64,000 nt of DNA from Eledone cirrhosa (lineage: Eukaryota): NCBI GenBank assembly GCA_964016885.1, contig OZ024740.1, positions 66,836,001 to 66,900,000 of the forward strand, given 5' to 3'. Position 1 is the stretch's first letter. Each line of letters begins with the position of its first letter. The notes under the pieces were generated by a model. It had not been told where the DNA came from, made no database searches, and saw only the letters and a list, made by a program, of their open reading frames with translations. Below are positions 59,090 to 64,000 of the stretch, piece by piece. A program made the translations under genes and the position numbers.

Positions 59090-59920
59090 GTTTTTGACAA
59101 AATGAAAAATAACCGGTGTCCTACACGAGTGAAAATATAGAGAAAAAAAGTTGAAATCGAAAATGCAACTGGAGTCTTATTTAAAAAAATATATATAAAT
59201 ATTTATTTCGTTCCTTTACCGGTTTCGCAGTTCTTCTGCTTTTTAAAAGTAGAGTTGAGATGGAGGGTCTGTGGTGTTTTTCACACCTGGTTGGTCTTTG
59301 AATGTTACTTGTTTTATATGGAAAAAAAGTAGCTCGAAACGCCAGGTTTTAGAGAAGTAATTTGATTGGTTGGTGAATAAGTATAACAAATTTCGCGCCA
59401 GTTCCCGTAGTTTTTTTTACTCGTAGTTTTCTTACTCTGGTAGTTTTTTACTCTTTCATAGTAATTAGTATTTTGTAAGAGAGAGAACATAGAATGTTTA
59501 TATTTTTCAGCATCCATAATGACACCAGCACTTCCCTTGTCCGCTTCCTTAATTATAATGCCCGTATTGTTTTTTTTAGTTCATGGATAATCTCCCATTC
59601 CCTTCGACTCGTGTTGGGTTTGGGTTTAAGTTGCGGTTGTTCATGGTATGGGAAAGTAGCTATGTGGTCACAAAATTTGTCCAGAACTCTGTTTCTACCT
59701 TTTGTTTGGTTGTAGCTGCTTTTATTCCGTATTCACCTTGTCAAAGAATTCCTCTGTGAGACGTAATTTTCTACAGAAATGTGAGATATCGTCATTTATC
59801 TCATTGAGGTTAGAGTATTGTGGTGTTGGTGTGAATTTCAGTCCTTTGGAGATAATGTTTACTTGTTGGGCTGAGAGGTTTGTATTTGAAAGGTTGATTA
59901 TTATATATATCATATAAAAT
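59090..59920 (-). mobile_element. PLE N-terminal/RT-start fragment joined to a pLTR-like segment
   Basis: IINLSNTNLS..ISKGLKFTPTP..FCRKLRLTEEF, then IIIKEADKGSAGVIMD. Segment 59140-59290 matches 22310-22430. Confidence 0.8.
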
Positions 59921-60126
59921 TGAGTCTGCAGGATTAGAACTCATTAACTTAAAATCGATTCCTTTGAAATCTTCAGAAAACTTCTGAAAACCTCAAATAA
60001 ATAAAACCGTTCTAGTATCTTGTAGATGTCATTTCCTTATTTAATATTTTACTAAATCATGCTCCAACTCTACTGACCGTATTTTTTCCCGTATTAAACT
60101 ATGCTATCTTTCAATTCAACATTGTT

Positions 60127-60210
<84 letters not shown>

Positions 60211-60247
60211 CTCTCTCTCTCTCTCGCTATATATATATATATATATA

Positions 60248-61730
60248 GTTAAAGAAAGAAGAGTAACATGGTTGGCTGTACAGTAAGGGCTTTATTCAAA
60301 GTGCTGACAATTGTTTCGTTGATCTGGTGCGTCTAGAGTTCGCTAATCGCTTGATGCTGCGTCAATCAATCTCCAATACGTTGTTTACAACCAGTCAACA
60401 CATCAAAGCAAGTGGATATGAAAATAATACGCAAGGCATGGCTTTTATAGAAGAGTGGTGTTAAACCAAAACAATAACATCAGTAACAAAATAGCTAGAT
60501 AGCAAATAATTAAAACAATAACATTAATAATAAAACACGCAAGGTAAATAAACAGAGAAGATACAGCTGTATGAGGTGACATGTAAAATCTAAGATAGGG
60601 TACATTAAAAGTAGTAGTAATTTTGAGAGATTGAGGAAAAGTAAAAGATAAAGGAATAAAATAATAAAATGTACTTAGAGTCAGATTTTAGAATTTCTAC
60701 TGTAAGTGCAATTATGAGAGATTTAGATACAAATGAGCTGTGGGTCTGATAAATGAGCAACAATATAAACGGAGATTAATTTATGGTATGACAGATAAAT
60801 GCTTGTAGTAGATATTTCGCCTATTGTACTATCTTAGTGAGATTGGTGGAGGGAGTGTATAGAGACTTATGTATCTATGGTAGCTGATATTAAGTGAAAT
60901 TGTGGTTTCAGTATGTTAAGGTTTAGGTGGTTTAGTCCTAATTGTGGGATTACTGGTTCGAATTGTGGAGGTTTACGTTTCGTAACATCAGTCACAAAAT
61001 AGCGTATAATTAAAACAATACCATCAATAATAAAACATGCATGGTAAATAGATAGCGATCGTGGCGAATAAAATCAAGGATAGGGTAAATTGAAATGATA
61101 GTAATAATTGTTTCTACGTTAGGCACAAGGCCAGCAAATACCCAGTGCATTACTGGTACTTAAGAAAATGAGAGATACAAAGGGGTATAAAAGTAACAAG
61201 AAAATGTACTTAGAATTAAGTTCGTCTGTAAGTGTTCATGAGTGGTAATATGAGATATGTAGATACAATTGTGTGGTCCGAAAGAATGAACAAAAGTCGT
61301 GATTAATTTATGGGCTAACAAGGTAATTAATAAATGTTTGTAGTAGACACTGTGCCTGTTGTATTATCTTGATAGTATTGATGGAGGGAGGTTGGAAGAG
61401 GTTTACAGCAATTTATGGTTCTGAAAAAGCTGTAGGAGAGTGCGGATTTCATACGTTAAAGTCTAAGTGGTTTTCTATTAATTTTGGGAATGCTGGTTCG
61501 AAACACGGTGGTTTAAATTTCGTAAATCTGGTAGCAATCTTATGTCTGCAGAAAATGGATCTTTCTATTGTGCTGTTAAGCAGCTTCCTATCATACCTTA
61601 AGATATATAGCAGTTCCAAATTACAGAGCCCGCAGTGGGACATACCGTTGCTATAGGCTTTTGCTGCCGCTAATTTCGACCAGCTGAATTTTGAAGAATA
61701 CAAAATTTCGACCAGCTAATTTTGTAGAAT
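60248..61730 (-). mobile_element. PLE 3' fragment with internally duplicated 3' UTR and a decayed long-stem-II HHR (60302-60410)
   Basis: FSWSKLAAAKAYSNGMSHCGLCNLEL..FCRHK. ~60475-60860 resembles ~60985-61390. Minus strand reads tgct-TTGATGT-gttgactggt..accagatcaac-GAAA-C AATT G-TC-agca. Confidence 0.7.
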
Positions 61731-61759
61731 ATATATATATATATATATATAAAATTTCA

Positions 61760-64000
61760 GGTTATCAATAATGTAGTGATAATATATCGTTACGTTAGAG
61801 ATGAACAGCGTACGTGCAGGTTTGCTCAACGAGTATAAATTATATTCCGGAGAAATGTAGAAAGGATGAATATAAAATGAAAGTGCTTTTGTTAAAAAAG
61901 GAATTTATTAGGTATTGACATATGTTTCTGTAACAGACCGAATACCTATGTATCGCTGCTTGCGTAATCATATAATGTTAGCAAGTATTCGATAGCAAAT
62001 GTATAATCAGTTGTCACTTCTTCAGAGATTTTGGATAAACTGGATAAAATCAGAAAAATTGAAGTATTTATATTAGTAAAAGAGGAAGGAACAGAGGGGA
62101 TAGAATATGACAGATGGTAAAATAATTTACTGCTAAACAAGTATATAATGGGTTTTTAATGAGAATACCATGAGTAAATCTAAATAAGAAATTTTGGGAG
62201 TGCCAATTTTAATCTCTACTTGACCAACTGGACAGTGGACAGGGCTGGTCATTTGGTGCAGTAGTATTAACTATAAAGTGTCAATTGGGGAAGGGGGAGA
62301 TTTCGATTGCTACTAAATAACATCAATGCTAGTATCCAGCTGGTATATGCACTAGGGAATTGAATCAAGAAATCAGAAATCTCATTTTATCTATAGCAGT
62401 TTGTATTAAAAGGTAAATAATAGAAGAGTTGATAGAATTAAGACTAATAAAGAATGTTCATATCTATTTTGACAATAAAACGGGGATAGAGACAGTCGTT
62501 CAATCCTGGTAGTATTTATAATATGAAAATGTAGATTTTAAGCGATGGTTACAGTATAACGATCGCTCTATTCTGTTATTTAATAAAATGTTTTTGGATT
62601 TCATAATACAAAATAATTCTACATTACATAATTTACAAAATTCCTGTCCATGGGTAATGGGGGGGCATCGCTATTATATCCCATTTTAGGTGAAATTGTT
62701 GGTTATTTTCACGCAGCTGCCAAGCCTTGTCTGCGAGTGTTGTTACATAACGCTGGTTTTCATGTTTTATCGAATAACGATGTCTATAAAGGCGTGATTT
62801 GAAGGAGGTGGCTGTAGATCCCACATAGTACCACTTCTGTCTATCCGATTCGATAGTACATTTGTATACGATGTTGCGTTCAAGACACTGATTGTTCAAC
62901 GGACACATTCCTGGTTGGACACAGTTGCAATTACAATTTTGCGTTGTTGTATTGCCATGGATGGGTTGATGAGGTTGCTTATGTAGGACAGGATGTTGTT
63001 TGTTGTTTTGTGATGTTATAGCTAATGTTTTACGTGTATTGTTATGTGTTGGAAGGCGTTTAAACAACCGTTTTGCGTTAAGCTTTTTTATATGTTGTTC
63101 AATATTAGGGGCGGTTGAATATGAAAGTCGAATAGTGTTAGGGTTTAAGATTTTATTATATTTATGTGATGTTGGAAAGTGTTTTCTAACTAATCGAAAG
63201 AATTTTGAGGGTAGATTGGTTTTAATAGATTTGTTATAGACCGGGTTGTACCAGATATACTCCTTACATCGCCTTCTGTTTGGTGGTGTGCGACTATTAT
63301 TGTGTCTATTGCGGTAGTGTATGTATGGTGGTGATTCTGTGCTATTTCTACTCCTATGCGATTTATTTTGGGTGTTTTGGTGATCATTGACTATATACTC
63401 TATATTATCTAGGTGACCGGCTTTCCTAAGTGCATCATCATAATACTTGGCATGTTCTTTGAAGGTTTGTTGGTTGGACGATAGGCGGGAGATTCTAAGA
63501 GAAACATATCTAGGGATGGATTTAATTATAGAGAGTGGATGGTTAGAACTCGTATTTACATATTTAAGGTTCTCATTTAGTTTATGGAACGGTTTAATCG
63601 TATCTGTATTGAGATTGAAAGTAACATCAAGGAAATTGACCTCTTTGAGGTTATATTCAAATGTAATATTTAATCCTAGTTCTTTAAAAAGTTTTCTGAT
63701 ATTTTTACGCATCCTTTCTAAATTCTGGTTATTCATATGCTTAACTAATAGGAGCGCATCGTCACGGTAAATTCCACCGTGGAGATCCTTGAATTGTCCT
63801 TGTAATCTGTGGGTGATATAAATTCCCACAAGATCTGTTACTTCCGCCGAATCATTAGAACCCATAGTGATATCAAAATTAGAAGGTCTATCTTTGCGAA
63901 CCCAGTAGCTATCATCGAATTTAACTATAGTTTTTCTCGCTTCCATAATAATTTTAATTTCAGCATCCGTAAGGTCGGAATTATCCTTAGCGAACGAAAG
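61760..64000 (-). mobile_element. Penelope-like element, RT + GIY-YIG nearly intact; runs off the window end
   Basis: 437 aa ORF with MGSNDSAE, GGIYRDDA, NFLDVTF, CNC..CPLNNQCL, IVY..YYVGST..FKSRL..H. Homologous to the 32-34 kb copy. Its 3' region has CTGAAGA..GAAA-C ATAT G-TC at 61917-62025. Confidence 0.95.

Overview
This is AT-rich animal genomic DNA, not prokaryotic, and is saturated with (TA)n, (CA)n and (GA)n microsatellites. The SINE families and repeat landscape look like an Octopus (cephalopod) genome, which is an inference. The only host coding sequence I can support is two + strand exons of an SLC6 (Na+/Cl- dependent neurotransmitter/amino-acid) transporter at 26554-26730 and 42764-42821, so much of the window is probably intronic. 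The rest is transposon debris: R4/Dong-type REL LINEs, RTE LINEs, a maT/mariner remnant, tRNA-derived SINEs and several Penelope-like elements (PLEs), one nearly intact. Nearly all ORF-track entries with IYIY/CVCV/THTH runs are microsatellite artefacts. The main hidden signal is RNA structure. Reading by eye, I find about 20 type-I hammerhead ribozyme (HHR) motifs in at least 8 unrelated short repeat families. They include U3-A8 core covariants and long-stem-II forms, and several copies are mutated. They sit in TA microsatellites, mostly as fold-back palindromes or tandem monomers, nested up to three levels deep. HHRs in PLEs and retrozymes are known in general; their diversity, density and hairpin architecture around a neural transporter gene deserve follow-up. 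All folds are manual and untested.
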